Of a stretch of DNA of 64,000 bases, positions 28,430 through 43,181 are shown in pieces. The position numbers were made by a program, and so were the translations under genes. Position 1 is the stretch's first letter, and each line of letters starts with the position of its first letter. Origin of the DNA: Octopus vulgaris (Eukaryota); contig OX597828.1 in assembly GCA_951406725.2 (NCBI GenBank), forward strand, positions 73,408,001 to 73,472,000. The letters are read 5' to 3'. Under the pieces are notes generated by a model. It saw nothing but the letters and a program-made list of their open reading frames with translations, did no database searches and was not told where the DNA came from.

Positions 28430-28895
28430 GATTGAAGACACGCTAATCATTATTGTGTTCGTGGATGCAACAACAACAACATTTTCTTCGTGCTTTCCTA
28501 AACAGCTTTGCTTCTGTTATTATAATTTCATCATTTCGAATGATTTTTCAGGAAAAATTATCGCAAATGCTTCTTGATGACAATATATATATATATATAT
28601 ATATACATATTTGTATAAGAAAAACAACAATGGGACTGAATTGTTGTCGATATTTTCAAAGAATTCATTTGCTTCCTAATGAAGTGTGTTGCATTGTTTC
28701 TTGTGGTTGGATTTGTTTCGCTTTTCTGGGCAATTAAAGCAGATAGATGAGATAGTTATGAACAGTGGCTGGGTGGAAGACTTGAAGGAGTGGAAAGGAA
28801 AAACATCCACCAGAATAACCGCACTTCTTTTCTTTCTAAGAATAGGGATATGCAGATATATGCATGAATATATGTGTGTGCGTATGTGTGTGCTT

Positions 28896-28955
<60 letters not shown>

Positions 28956-28992
28956 ATAGATATAGATATAGATAAATAGATTGATAGCTAGC

Positions 28993-29030
<38 letters not shown>

Positions 29031-29421
29031 TGCATAAGTATTTATATACATATATATATATATGTATATAAATATCACATATACATATATATATATATAC
29101 GCATGCATATATATGCAATTATGTACATATAAAATGCATTATACATACTAATATACATGTGTATATGTTATATAAAGAAACATGTACACGTATATACATA
29201 TTAATAGATAGATACAGGTAAATAGTTAGATATATAGATACCCTGTGAACATAAATGTGTGTGTGTCTAACTGTGTGTATGTGTGTATGTGTGCATATGT
29301 GTGTATGTATATATGTGTGTTTATCTGTGTATATGTGTGTGCGCGCGCGTGTTTTTGCATGCGTGTGTGTGCATGTATGTGTGTGTGTGTGTGTATACAT
29401 GTCCCTCCTCTTTGTTTTTAG

Positions 29422-29474
29422 CTTCAGTAGCAGCAAGGGAGGTGTTGCGAAGACAGATGAGTGATGTGGATTGA
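29422..29474 (+). CDS. Candidate terminal coding exon (A)SVAAREVLRRQMSDVD*
   Basis: Strong acceptor ccctcctctttgtttttag; GC-richer than flanks; phase 1; no homology recognised. Confidence 0.35.
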
Positions 29475-29715
29475 CGTTGCATGGGTGCGTCTGCATCGGC
29501 ACAGATCTCCGGAGAATTGTTTAATAGGCCCTCCTTATAGTACTTAACGAGACATTCAATTGAATTAGCTTTCGTTTCATAGACAATCATCTTTGTTGTC
29601 TTTGTAGAACTAACAATCTCATTGCTCTCACGCATCTATTTTCTTTTTCTTGCTGTTATCATTTAATTCTGTTGCTCTTTCAATCGGCAGCACCACCACC
29701 ACCACGGATACTTCT

Positions 29716-29940
29716 ACAGAGAAGAAGAAGAAGAAGAAGAAGAAGAAGAAGAAGAAGAAGAAGAAGAAGAAGAAGAAGAAGAAGAAAAGGAGGAGGAGAA
29801 AAGGAGGAGAAAGAAGAAAAAGAAGTTGAAGAAGAAGAAGAAGAAGAAAAAGAAAAAGAAGAAGAAGAAGGAGAAGAACAAGAAGAAGAACAAGAAGAAG
29901 AAGAACAACAACAACAATAGCAACAACAAGGAGAAGAAGA
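29716..29940. repeat. (GAA)n-rich degenerate trinucleotide array
   Basis: Directly visible. Confidence 0.95.
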
Positions 29941-30061
29941 ACTGTGGCATCCTGTGTATCATACTTGCCGAACGTGTGTATTTTCAGCTAGTGCGATGGT
30001 TAAGTAAATAAAGTTAGTGGAAGAGAATAAAACCGCTCTCATCAATGTATTATTATTATTA

Positions 30062-30136
<75 letters not shown>

Positions 30137-31079
30137 GTGTTTTCTTTGATTAATTAATTTGTGTTGAAGACACGGGAAGGCGGTAAATATAATTTGTGAG
30201 ATAAAATGAAGAAAATTTGAGGAGTTTCAAAGCAACCTGGTTGCGGTGACTGACGTGGAGGGACTGAAGCTTTTATGTTTGTTCTTTTTTTTGTTTTTCT
30301 TTCATGTCGTCTTCATATTTAATTTTCTGCAGAACAAGTTATCAGCTGAAGAACAGCCAGCGACATCTACAGTATCAGAAGAATCAATAACAACAACGAC
30401 AACAACAACAGCAACAACAAGAAATGCTTGTATTTAATTTCGTTTGTCTTATTTGTGACACAACCGTATCAATGATTTCTAAGTATGCTAGAAATAGCAG
30501 CCAAATCTAATTAAAGAAATACCTCATTGTGATAATCTAGTCCTGCTTAAACCGTCTGGATGTAAAATAAGAAACCAGAGCTGGAGATAATTTGCTCATA
30601 GATCTACTCATTCAGGCCCGGGCTGGGTTTAATAAAAAACACATCGATATCATATATATAAAGGTGATGCCCCAGCACGGCCACAGTTGGAGCTGCAACA
30701 CAGAGCAATAAAGGAATATTAAGAACAGAAATCAAGTCGTCTGTTATAGAAAATGTTTGCGTCCGTGAAATACATTTCGAAAATTCGAAAGGATAAAATT
30801 TCAGTTGTAAATATGTACCAAAGAATCTTCAAATTTATACTAAAAATGGTTTGATGAAGAATACTTCCGGGAATTGGTATTTCAATGGATATACATTTCC
30901 AAGGCTTTACGGAAACATCTGTTGAGATTTGTGCATAGAAAATACACCAAATGCACCAAAGAGAAGAACTATATTCCCAAAGGTAAGTAAATATGGAGAC
31001 GAGAATTAGAGGATTTAACAAAAAGCTAAGACATCAATTTCGATTCATAAAGTACCCAGACTAATTGATAGATAATCTT

Positions 31080-31140
31080 GGGGACATTGGGGTCCCGGGG
31101 ATATTGGGGTCCTGGGGACATTGAGGTCCTGGGGACATTG
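31080..31140. repeat. 17-bp tandem repeat GGGGACATTGGGGTCCT, ~3.5 copies
   Basis: Directly visible; resembles subterminal repeats of DNA transposons. Confidence 0.9.
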
Positions 31141-31879
31141 TTGGATGCAGAAAAGCTGAAGAATTAGAAATAACTTCAGTAAAGATAGGCCAACTTTAAA
31201 ATCTGAAAAAAAGCAACAAAAGCCATTGCAGAATCTGTTCGAGTCAGCACGAAAGAACTTTAGGTTTTCTTTCTTCTTGGCGAAAGCATTTTTATGAGTT
31301 TGTCTGAAATGCCTATTTTTGTCATCGGATTTTGAATTTGCCATTGTTTCATACGTTCTGTGAAATAAATAATCTTTCTCCTCGCAGATTCCAAGTTACT
31401 CTGGTGGTTGAAACAATTAACAATGCGCATCTCATAACACCCACAGGAGAGGCAAATGATTAACAAATGGCAACAATAAATAAAAGACAAAGCATTCTTT
31501 AAACAAAATGACCAACACGAACAAACCAAAACAAACAAATATTTACTCTAAATAAATAAAAACACGGCTCTGTTGATTCAGATATTACACCATACAGTAT
31601 TTTAATCACAAGGATAGTCAGAAAAGAAACAGATGACATTAGAAGATTGGCGGCATTCACTTCTCATAGGAAATCAGAAGAATAATGGATGCATATACAC
31701 ACTAGGTCCAGAAATATTTAGCGAATATTTTGCGAAATCAACTCAACGGGAAAATGAAGACACCACTTCTGCAAAACATTTCATTCGAAATCATTACTCA
31801 AATGATTTCCGTGATCATCAACTAGAGACGGGATGACGTTTACTGACGGAGTAAATGGGGTCTTCGTGGTGTTGTTCTT

Positions 31880-31996
31880 ACAGACGGTGCCCACTGACCC
31901 TACTATACTGTGTAGTCGACAGAATCAAAAACAAACTATGCGCACGCGCAAAATTAACAGTATAAGATGACGACACTTTACACATCGCAGACTGTA
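31880..31996 (-). mobile_element. Terminal fragment related to the maT-like element at 38222-39087
   Basis: cctactatactgtgta.tcgaca.aatcaaaa..aaac.atgcgc shared with 38998-39045; ends ctgTA. Confidence 0.7.
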
Positions 31997-32005
31997 CACA
32001 CAAAC

Positions 32006-32037
<32 letters not shown>

Positions 32038-32539
32038 GCACGCACACACATGAAAGTGTGTGCACAAATTATACAAATATGTCTACAACATACACGGCTG
32101 TAATTTTATGATGTAATAAAAGATGAGTTCAAAAGTTCAAAAGAAACATTTTGTATGAATTAGCTGCTAAGAATTTCAAATGAAGGGCACTTTGGGACCG
32201 AAGAGCGTAACATATTCTATGAACGTAACACACACCCACACACACATACACACGCGTGCGAGCGCGCACGCACGCACATGTACACACATACATATACGCA
32301 CAACACACACACACAAGCACACACATACTCACTTACCTATGTATAAATATATGTATCGTTATATACGATTTCTATATACTTCTTACCTTATATATACTCA
32401 CTAATATGCAGACATATATATCAATGCGCTCCAAATAAACAGGTCTACAGAGTAGAATGTATTTCTATGAATACATACGGACACACACGTGCACATACAT
32501 ATATGTAGTTAGATAGATAGGAGGATAGATAGATAGAAG

Positions 32540-32573
<34 letters not shown>

Positions 32574-32574
32574 G

Positions 32575-32649
<75 letters not shown>

Positions 32650-32687
32650 CAGACAGATAGACAGATAGATAGTTAGATAGATAGATA

Positions 32688-33200
32688 AGTTTCTTTATTG
32701 GCCACACAGGGCTGCACACAGATGGGACAAGTTACAAGGTAGAGCTTTTCTTTTGGGGGATGAAGAAAATAAAAAAAAGGGGGGTGGCATAGGTTTTCGA
32801 TCAAGAGGGATCGTAAAAGGGAAGAAAAGAACAAAAAAATAAATAAATAAATAAAATAAAAAATAAAAAGAATAAAGAAAAAAAAAGGAAAAGGAACAAG
32901 AGAAAAGAGAAATGAAAAAAGAAGAAAAAAGGGGGAAAAAAAAGGGGAAGAGGAAAAAAAAGAACGACCGATAGGAATCGTGTATCACAGTGTTATGGTA
33001 TATGGTGTAAAGGGGAAAGCAAGTAAGGTTTATCCGTGGGAAGAAAATCCTACGAAAAAGACCACGGTAACCTTGGTCAATATTGCTATATGTTACCACA
33101 TTTGTTTGCAAGTGGGTAACCCTCTGTTTTCAATTTCTGGGTTCATAGGATTATGCTCAAGGTGGCTTCGTCATTCATACGTGCCATCCTTGCTACATTC
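32688..33200 (-). mobile_element. Tx1/L1-type LINE 3'UTR fragment related to 22046-22430, ending in (TATC)n
   Basis: tttctttattggccacacagggct..acacaga.gggacaa.tacaa.gtagag.ttttc and cataggat.atgctc.aggtgg shared with the 22 kb copy. Confidence 0.85.
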
Positions 33201-33485
33201 ACCCAGCATGGCCGCAGTCAAATGACTGAAACGAGTAAAATAGTAAATAGATATTAGTGTGGTAAAGAGCTGATTCGTAATCCAGCAGAGAAAATAACCT
33301 TGAGTGTTAAACACTAAAAAGTATCCAGATATTATATCGGAAACCCTAATTATAGTCGGGAATAAGTCCATAAGTCCAAAAGTCCAAAAGTCCAAAGTAA
33401 AGTGAGTCACCTGGTTATGCTTTGGACGCTCCCAACTTCAAGAACAGCAATTATGCTGACCAAATTTTACTTCAGGAGATAATGT

Positions 33486-33870
33486 AACTCTCTTTACTCT
33501 TTTACTTGTTTCAGTCATTTGACTGCGGCCATGCTGGAGCAGCGCCTTTAGTCGAACAAATCGACCCCGGGACTTATTCTTTGTAAGCCCAGTACTTATT
33601 CTATCGGTCTCTTTTGCCGAACCGCTAAGTGACGGGGACGTAAACACACCAGCATCGGTTGTCAAGCAATGCTAGGAGGACAAACACAGACACACAAACA
33701 CACACACATACATATATATATACATATATACGACGGGCTTCTTTCAGTTTCCGTCTACCAAATCCACTCACAAGGCATTGGTCGGCCCGGGGCTATAGTA
33801 GAAGACACTTACCCAAGATGCCACGCAGTGGGACTGAACCCGGAACCATGTGGTTGGTTAGCAATCTACT
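33486..33870 (-). mobile_element. SINE family A, nearly full length
   Basis: Reverse complement of 23890-24325. Confidence 0.9.
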
Positions 33871-34109
33871 TTATTTCATATGATTTGCCACTAGGGCAGT
33901 ACAAAGAGTAGCTGCGGGCTGGACAAAAACATTAATGAATGATGGTGATGGACGAAGATGGTGATGGGAGAAGACGAAAGCGCCCGCCGACTTTCGCTTC
34001 TCTAAGACATTGTTCTTTTTTTTCCAAGGTTTTACAAAAATTTCAAATTTTACAAATTTTACCAGAGGCAATAAACCTCTTTTTCAATATAATACAATGT
34101 TCAGTAAGT

Positions 34110-34710
34110 CTATGTTACCCGGCCGACCAGCGCTCTTGCCTCAACGAGGCAATCATCGCTGGTCAGTTCGTGGTCTAGAGGTATAATTTGAAATGAGTCC
34201 ATCGGGAAGGAACTCGTGATCCTGCCCAGATTACCCCTCCCTATGACCTCTGCAGCCAGCTGCAAAGGCCACTCGGGGTCTTCCGTGCAGGACCGAAGTC
34301 CCTCCCAATGGCCCCGCTTTCTCATTTTACTCATCTCACCTTCCACTGTTCCACCTTTAAAAAAGAGGACCACAAATTGTTCCAGAAATTGTTCCTCAGG
34401 CGGCACACCCGCCTGAGAAGACTTGGGAGACGCCGTCTGCGTATCACAATCCGCCGGCGGCGTCCTGTTTCTCCTCTTCCTTTTGTTCTTTTTACCTTGG
34501 GCCGCGGGAGGTTGAGGTTTTGGTGTTGCACACACCGGGTTCACTTCTTCTCCCGCAGCTTCCGGGTCTTTTGGTGGGTCGCCATTGCTTCCCACTTTTC
34601 TCTTTCTCGTTGAGGAAGTCGTCGCTTCCCCGCTCTGTTTCTCTCCCTCCATTGGGGGGGGGGGCAGGGAGAGGCTCCGATATCAACTGCTCCAGGATCC
34701 TAAGTATTAT
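34110..34710 (-). pseudogene. GC-rich basic/proline-rich ORF fragment, possibly LINE ORF1 C-terminus
   Basis: 180-aa ORF with K/R clusters (TRKRK, KKNKRKRR) and coding-like composition; same strand as and upstream of the 32688-33200 LINE tail; family assignment is inference. Confidence 0.4.
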
Positions 34711-35057
34711 GTCTAACGTTTAGTTAACGCCACCTCTGACGCTCTTGATGTAATGAAGTCAACCTAATACAATGAAACCGACTCGCTTTCATTGATGTTA
34801 AATGTTGACTGTACAAATAGATGTACGACTGTTATTGTGGTGTTTAGAGGTCCACGTAGATTGCTGTCATCCTGTCTGCTTCCATTAGAATGGTTTCACA
34901 GCTTCTAAGAAGTATCAATACTTATGATTATACGCGGTTATTGTATACACGTGTATGTGCATGTGTAGAAAACAATGTGAGCAAGTGTGTGTCGTGTGTG
35001 CGTACGCACACATATCTGCGTATACATATATATATATATATGCGTGTGTGTGTGTGC

Positions 35058-35123
<66 letters not shown>

Positions 35124-35230
35124 ACATATATAAATACATATACACATACATATACACATACATACATACATATACACATACATACATACATACATACATA
35201 CATACATACATACATACATACATACAATAT

Positions 35231-35341
35231 TCTTCAGTTGATAAGCAACTGTTGCTTGTTGCAAGAAACTTGAGCAGGAATTGGTAAACTTTACCTTTAA
35301 TTCGATAAATATCTGCATACCATCTCCTGTCCTTTTCCATT
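35231..35341 (+). mobile_element. Short PLE-type tail with degenerate HHR between microsatellites
   Basis: TTGATAA(35238)-gcaac..gttgc-aa-GAAAC(35265) ttga GCA. Confidence 0.35.
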
Positions 35342-35452
35342 TACACACACACACACACGCACACAGAAATCGCACTCACACACACACGCACGCATACATA
35401 CTCGTACAGACACACATAAACACACGTACACACACACATACACATACATTCA

Positions 35453-35534
<82 letters not shown>

Positions 35535-36209
35535 TAAACTTCATTTTTCAGTCTCAAAGTGATACTTATTTGAAATTCTTAACAGCTAATTCATTGATAA
35601 TGTCTATTATGTCCGTCTTCAAATTTCCAAAGATTCCTCGTTTCTTGCATTACAAAATTCTTGTATTTCTCACTTTAAATCTATTGATAATGTTACAGGC
35701 GATGTAACGAAACGCTAATATTTACCAATAGTATTATTTCGAATCGTAATATATTCACAAAGTGTCTGCAATGTTGCGTTTTACGTTCAGATGCGTTAAA
35801 TGTAAAATGAAATGAATAAATTTATGAACAAATAAGAAACAGTAAAAAGCTGTTACGTAAGAAGGTGTTATTTGGAAAATATCCGTATCTTGCTGCTCGT
35901 ATTCTTGCCATTTTGGTATTTAATGGGGGTAACGCTAATCTATCCACCCACTCTAGCTAGGAAAGACGCAGGATATTTTTTCAATACGTTTCTATCGCCA
36001 AGTATTCGATTAATATCGACAAATAGGCAACCAAATATTAGAGAAATTTTCATCAAGTATGGAACCAAGTATTCGACATATCTTTAATGTGTGGAGCACC
36101 ATTTTTGATTTACACTTAATACAGGATCATGACCAATGGAAAATGATTATGTATGTCATAAATGTAGGAAATATGTACACAGATACCGTGCGTATAATTG
36201 TGCTTATGT

Positions 36210-36298
<89 letters not shown>

Positions 36299-36301
<3 letters not shown>

Positions 36302-37295
36302 CAACCTAGTTCCCCTGCTGCCGCCCACGCGGCCGCACTTGCCCCTGCCTCTCCAACAACAACACCTCACAGGCACCCATCATCGTCCCTATCATATCAC
36401 CGACTTCTTTACCTGCACATCTAGCAAGATCATTTACTGCATCTCCTGCTCTTTTTGCTCTCCTCTGCACATTGATTAAACGCGACGACGCGTGGCTGAC
36501 CGGTTCACGGAGCACCTCCGAGACACCAGACTCGCCATTTCCGCTCTACCGGTCATTCACTACAACACTTGTCTATGTTCAGATTGTCTTTGTCCAGGTG
36601 CCATCTGGACTCCCACCTTCACCGTGAACAAGGAATTAGCCTTCTCTTCGCTCCTTTGTGGCGCATGAGCTTAACCCCCTCCTCTCATCTCTTCATCTGA
36701 CACGTGCTTCCTCTCTTCACTCGTACTCACCTTCATTAATACCTCTCGCATCCCGTCACCCACACCACACACATATCCCACCCCAACATCCCCCACACAT
36801 CCACACCACACCCACATCATACCTCACTCCACCCCACACCACCGCACCACACCACCGCACCACACCACCGCACCACATCACACCATTCTCAGCACACTCA
36901 CACACCATCATCGGCACACCCACACACCCACACGTTACAGACGCACACACTTACACACGCACACATCGACACATGTCAAAGTCACTAGTCCCATCCACAC
37001 ACTTCAACATTCTAACATACACACCCACGCCGCTCACCTTCATTTTGGGATCACCAGGACTTTATTACCCCCCTTCTTTCAACCTCTCCTGTCAGTCCCT
37101 TTTTTCCAACCAGTCGCCATACTTGACCACAAGTTTTTATTCTCTCCCTATTTATCTCATCGTGTTCCTTTCTGTTGAAGAGCGTAGGCGCGAAACATAA
37201 AAGACTTTCACCTTCCCGAGCGTCAAACTAATATAACTGCTTGTTGTTCATACTTCTATTTTCGTCTTTTGTTTTCCTGTAAATTTTTACTATAT
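36299..37295 (+). mobile_element. Neptune-type Penelope-like element 3' part: Zn-finger/GIY-YIG remnant, C/A-rich UTR, HHR, tail
   Basis: [54 protein letters not shown]..; starts at (TA)n. Confidence 0.85.
37168..37203 (+). ncRNA. Minimal variant hammerhead motif of the PLE repeat
   Basis: cttt-CTGTTGA(37172)-a-gagc gtag gcgc-GAAAC ATA-aaag; the sister copy at ~10945-10965 retains GCTC and GAAACGTC. Confidence 0.55.
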
Positions 37296-37338
37296 ATACT
37301 TCTACATACATACATACATACATACATACATACATACA

Positions 37339-37402
<64 letters not shown>

Positions 37403-37409
37403 CAGATAT

Positions 37410-37483
<74 letters not shown>

Positions 37484-37502
37484 GGATATGAATTGAAAGG
37501 TA

Positions 37503-38043
37503 TAATGAATAAACGCTCCAGTCGGTCAATACAAGTTTATATCATTCCCAAATTATCATAAATCGAATATAAATACATATTAAAACAACAGGGCACCCAA
37601 TGGTAAACCCCAACAGACATGTGAAGCCTTTGTAAGTTTTCTCTTAATGCAAAGGTGTTACCTTCGAATTTCCTTAATGGATTGTACATTAACGATGTAA
37701 AGCAGCATCCTTTGAAACGATCAGAGAAATGGGCTTGAGTGCACTCTTCTCTCATTACCTTACACATTATTTTTATATTTATATATTTATATGATTTTAG
37801 CTCTCTTGCCTTAATATTTTAGTCTCCTTTATCATGCATTAATTCCATATATTTTTCTTCATTCTACTACACCGGTATTATCCATTTAGTTTTTATCACC
37901 CTTTTATTCGTGTATGTGTATATTTTATATTGGCGGGTTTCACCATTGGGTGTCCTGTTGTTCTGATATATATTTATATTCGATTTATGATAATTTGAGA
38001 ATGATATAAAGTTGTTTTGCCCGATCGGTGTGTTCATTCATTA
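37503..38043. mobile_element. ~540-bp element with ~110-bp diverged terminal inverted repeats
   Basis: tttatatcattcccaaattatcataaatcgaatataaata...acccaatggt (37536-37605) versus its reverse complement at 37942-38010. Confidence 0.8.
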
Positions 38044-38221
38044 CTCCTTTCACTGTATTTCTCCTTTCGCCTCGGTGTCAGCTAAGCAATTCCAGATGCA
38101 GTCCTATTTCTATTTTTGCTCTTCGGTTTAACGAAATTGCTTTTCGGTTTAACTATAAAATAATCTTGTTATATATATGTATGTATGTTTGTATGTATGT
38201 ATATGTATACGTATGTATATA

Positions 38222-39087
38222 CAGAGAATGCGGTGAACAAACTGCCGTCTAAAGTAAAGCAAAGATGAAAATAACATTGACATCTCATTTGAACATAAAT
38301 TTATCAAAATTACATAAAAAATATTTTGAAATACTAAAAAGTAACTTTATTTCAAAAAATCGCCATTGTCTTCAACCACGGCCTCCAGACGAATTCGGAA
38401 TTTCCTGCAACTCTGCTGGGCAGTCTCCTTGTTTACGTTGGGGAATACTGCCATAATCTTTGCCTTCAGTTCATCTTTGGTATTACAAGGGATTTTGTTG
38501 GTCTCTCGCTCAACTGCGCCCCATATACAATAATCAAGAGGGCTGAAGTCTGGACAGATAGGTGAGGGGAGGTGTGGTCGCAGACTTTTCTGATATCCAT
38601 GTTTGAGTTCTCCTGCATGTGTGACATGGGGCAGAGTCCTGTTACCAGACGTTTGATCTTCCAGCAACCACCGTCTTGACCCAGGGCAGCACTACCTCCT
38701 CCAGGAACTTGACCTCAGCCTCCGTTTTGAATCTGAGGCGGTGTGGGAAGATGAATAGAGGCGTAACGTCGCCATCACTAGTGATCTCTCCATGATGTTG
38801 ACTGGATGTTTCGTTTTTATCACTCTCGGTAGATGGCCACAATTTTCAGTGAACGCAGATTGACACCCAAACACTCGGAGATGTTCGTATTGGAGCTTCC
38901 GGTTCGAATGCCAAGCAGTACAGCATGACGTTTCAAAAGTCTTGGCAGAGCGAATTCAGTTTGGTGCTGTTTTTCAAACAAATGGTGCCCAACTGCTCCT
39001 ACTATACTGTGTAATCGACAAAATCAAAACCAAACGATGCGCGAAACTAAAAATATATAATGGCGACAATTAACCCATTGCACCCTG
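38222..39087 (-). mobile_element. maT/DD37D-like Tc1-mariner element, internally deleted
   Basis: W*QDSAPCHT and PDFSPLDYCIWGAVE...CRKFRIRLEAVVEDNGDF; TA|cag...ctg|TA ends with diverged TIRs. Confidence 0.8.
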
Positions 39088-41144
39088 TATATAAGTGTAC
39101 ATATGTATATATATATATTAATAGTTATCGCCATACTAATATGGCAGTCTATAAATATAAGACTAAAGCTGTCGCTGATTAGCTCCAAGAGGCCATCGCC
39201 TCTAGCTAGCTATATGACACACGAACCAGCGTCCATTACAACCTTCGAACAGGGGAGGTCAGCCGCTTCACCTTGCTAGTCAGACATCTGCAATGAGAAT
39301 AAGAGACAGAATGAAAACAATGTAAGGGGGGCGTTGTAAGCTATTTGATGTATACACCCACGAATGCACAAGCTGACAAACACCCACACAAGCTTACACG
39401 AAAACGACGTAGCTGTGCGCATACGAAGAATGTCAGTATACACACACACACACACACACACAAATATATTTATATATATATATACATATATACATAAACA
39501 TACATATACATGCATAGAAATATACATATACACATATATATTCTAAGGTATACACATGATCAAAGATACGAATGTGTATATGCATACCTGTTAGGGTGCA
39601 TATATTAAAAACCAAAGAATACATTATAAGTACAGGTACATGCACACTTAGACGTAAATCTTTCTAAACGAATACAAGAATATATTTAAACAACACAAAC
39701 ATACACACATGCTGACGTACGTTGCAAGTTAATTACAGGTAATGGCAGGAATTGGGAATTGTGCGACAATAAAACTGAAATGGAGACAGGTGAACAACGT
39801 TTTATGTTCAGTTATAGATTTATGAAATCATACTCAGCAAAAATACACTCACGCCCACCTTATGCGTACGTTGAAGACTGCTGGGGCAAATAGAAAAAGG
39901 AAATAAGAAAACATATATGTAGTAAGATTTAGGAGATGATATGACTCTCAAGGGAATTAGAAAGTAAGCGAATAAGTTTGTTGTAAGAATCGAAATATCT
40001 GGGAGCTATACAGATTTCATCATCGCCACGTAATGTTAATATAGGGTAGTATGTAGAAGCCATAGTTTGATATAATGGTTAATAAACTTGGAGGAAGCTT
40101 CTACCAGCGAACATCATAATTATGCTAAATGTTAAACAGATTAATATCCGTTCTAGACAGAAGGAAAGGCGAGGGGCCTTGCGGAATTTCCAGTAACTAC
40201 ATATAGTGAGTGACAGGAATTTCTTAAAAAGGATTAAAGTTTTGCAGAGATGGAGGTGTTGTGTAATCCATGTAAACATCTTCTAATGACTCATCTAGAG
40301 GAGAAAATTGAATTTCCTTAGAAAGTTAAATATAAATTTAGAGTGATTAACTAATATTGTTAAATGGAAGTTTGGGTTTGTTGCTGAGGAAGGTGTTGCC
40401 TAATCTAGGTTTACATCTTACAATAAGTTCCCCAAAACTATTAATAGAGTTCTAATTGCGGGAGTTTAATGTTAAAGCAATTACTTAAGGACCGAACGGT
40501 ACTCCACTCTCAAGGGATTTAATCTAGGGAAATGTAATATACCTTTTGACCCAGGACTTGAGGAACGCACTGGGACTTTCCAATCGAGATTCTCACGGAT
40601 CAGTCTCAAGGAACACAATGACAATTTTATTACTAACGCGCATGCTCGTCAAACTTTCCCTCATCGATCGCATATTTGCAAGACTCTAATAAAACTATTT
40701 TTCTCACTCCCTGTTTATAAGTTGGTGCTGAAACTTTTGCAAGGGGCCTCGCTTTTCCTCGCCCCTCGTTTCGTATGTAATCTGTTTAGCATTTTGCATA
40801 ATTGTGAAATTCGCTGGAAGACGTTTCTCCTAATTTGATCGTGTGTATATCTAAGAATATATGTGTGCGTATTTATATGTATGCCTACATTTATATTCTT
40901 AAGTATGCAAAGGCAAGCCTAAAATTAAATCCTAAACAGTTATGCAAAGTACGCATGCGTTTACATAGGCTCTGTATGCATGTGTATGTGGGCGTGTGCA
41001 CGCGTGCATCTACATGCTTGTGAGTGTGTGCGTGTGTGTGTGTGTGCATTCGTGTGTGTGAGTGTGTGTACCAATGCATTCATGTGTCTATGCACAGAGT
41101 TAACCTACGACTGCCCTCTTATTGTGTCCTCTTTTACTTTTTTT

Positions 41145-41256
41145 ATGTGATGGGATGAAATGCAAAGTCGATCTCGGCGACATTTGAACTCAGAACATGA
41201 AGACTGGCGAAATACCGCTAGCATTTTGCCCGGCGGGCTAACGATACTGCCAGCTC

Positions 41257-41257
<1 letters not shown>
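41145..41257 (-). mobile_element. SINE family B head
   Basis: Reverse complement reads gagctggcagtatcgttagcccgccgggcaaaatgc..gttctgagttcaaat. Confidence 0.8.
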
Positions 41258-41324
<67 letters not shown>

Positions 41325-41346
41325 TAACAATAACAATAACAATAAC

Positions 41347-42054
<708 letters not shown>

Positions 42055-42064
42055 AATAATGATG

Positions 42065-42141
<77 letters not shown>

Positions 42142-42159
42142 TATAGTAATAATAATTTT

Positions 42160-42320
42160 GGCACAAAAGCAGCAATTTCGGAGAGGGGATAAGTCGATTA
42201 CATCGACCCCATTGGCCCCGATAGGCTGAAAGGCAAAGTCGACGTCGGTGGAATTTGAACTCAGACCGTAAGGACGGACGAAATACCGCAGAGCATTTCG
42301 CCCGGCTAACGATTCTACAA
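42160..42320 (-). mobile_element. SINE family B
   Basis: aaaggcaaagtcgac.tcgg.ggaatttgaactcaga. Confidence 0.75.
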
Positions 42321-42811
42321 TAATGATATTTCCTCTACCCTCATCATCGAAAACATTATCATTGTAAGGCTCAATAGCACCGAACTAGCGAGGTGTGGGC
42401 TGCCTCATCATCATGAACGTCACCGCCGCGCAGTCACCGACAACACGTAAACCAGCTACCGACTACTTGCCTGCACGCCCACCTGCATACCTTCCCCACC
42501 CGCCAAATATGTAGGTGTACTAAGTCAGTAAGTAATATATCTATTGGAACCAATCAACGCAGCAGGTAAATTATAGCAACTGTTGCTGCTAATTAATGAC
42601 GTCGATCTATTCTGACATTCTCTGATGTAGTCGAAATTACATTCAATAATTAAATAACCGATTCTTCTATTCTTCGATTCATCTATTCATTTATTCATTC
42701 ATTCTCGCTCTGTGTTCCATATTCTCTCTAATGTCTATTCAATTTTACAGCCTTGCACTCGGCATACAGTCTCTTCCGTTCCATTTACAATCACATTATA
42801 TACCTCTTTGT

Positions 42812-42870
<59 letters not shown>

Positions 42871-42984
42871 TATGTAGATATAGATAGAGATATCCATATA
42901 TAGATGAATATAAGTATGCAAATATATATGTGTATATAAAGAATATATATCCATATCTATCTAGATTTATATACCAATATCTAT

Positions 42985-43057
<73 letters not shown>

Positions 43058-43063
43058 GTATAT

Positions 43064-43096
<33 letters not shown>

Positions 43097-43126
43097 GTAT
43101 ATATACATATACATATATATATATAT

Positions 43127-43181
<55 letters not shown>

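Noticed and set aside
29321-29635. Minus-strand 104-aa ORF MRESNEIV...
   Set aside because: Runs into CA repeat; no motif; the plus-strand exon reading has better splice signals
31080-31140. CRISPR-like short repeats
   Set aside because: Head-to-tail units with no spacers, eukaryotic context, no cas genes
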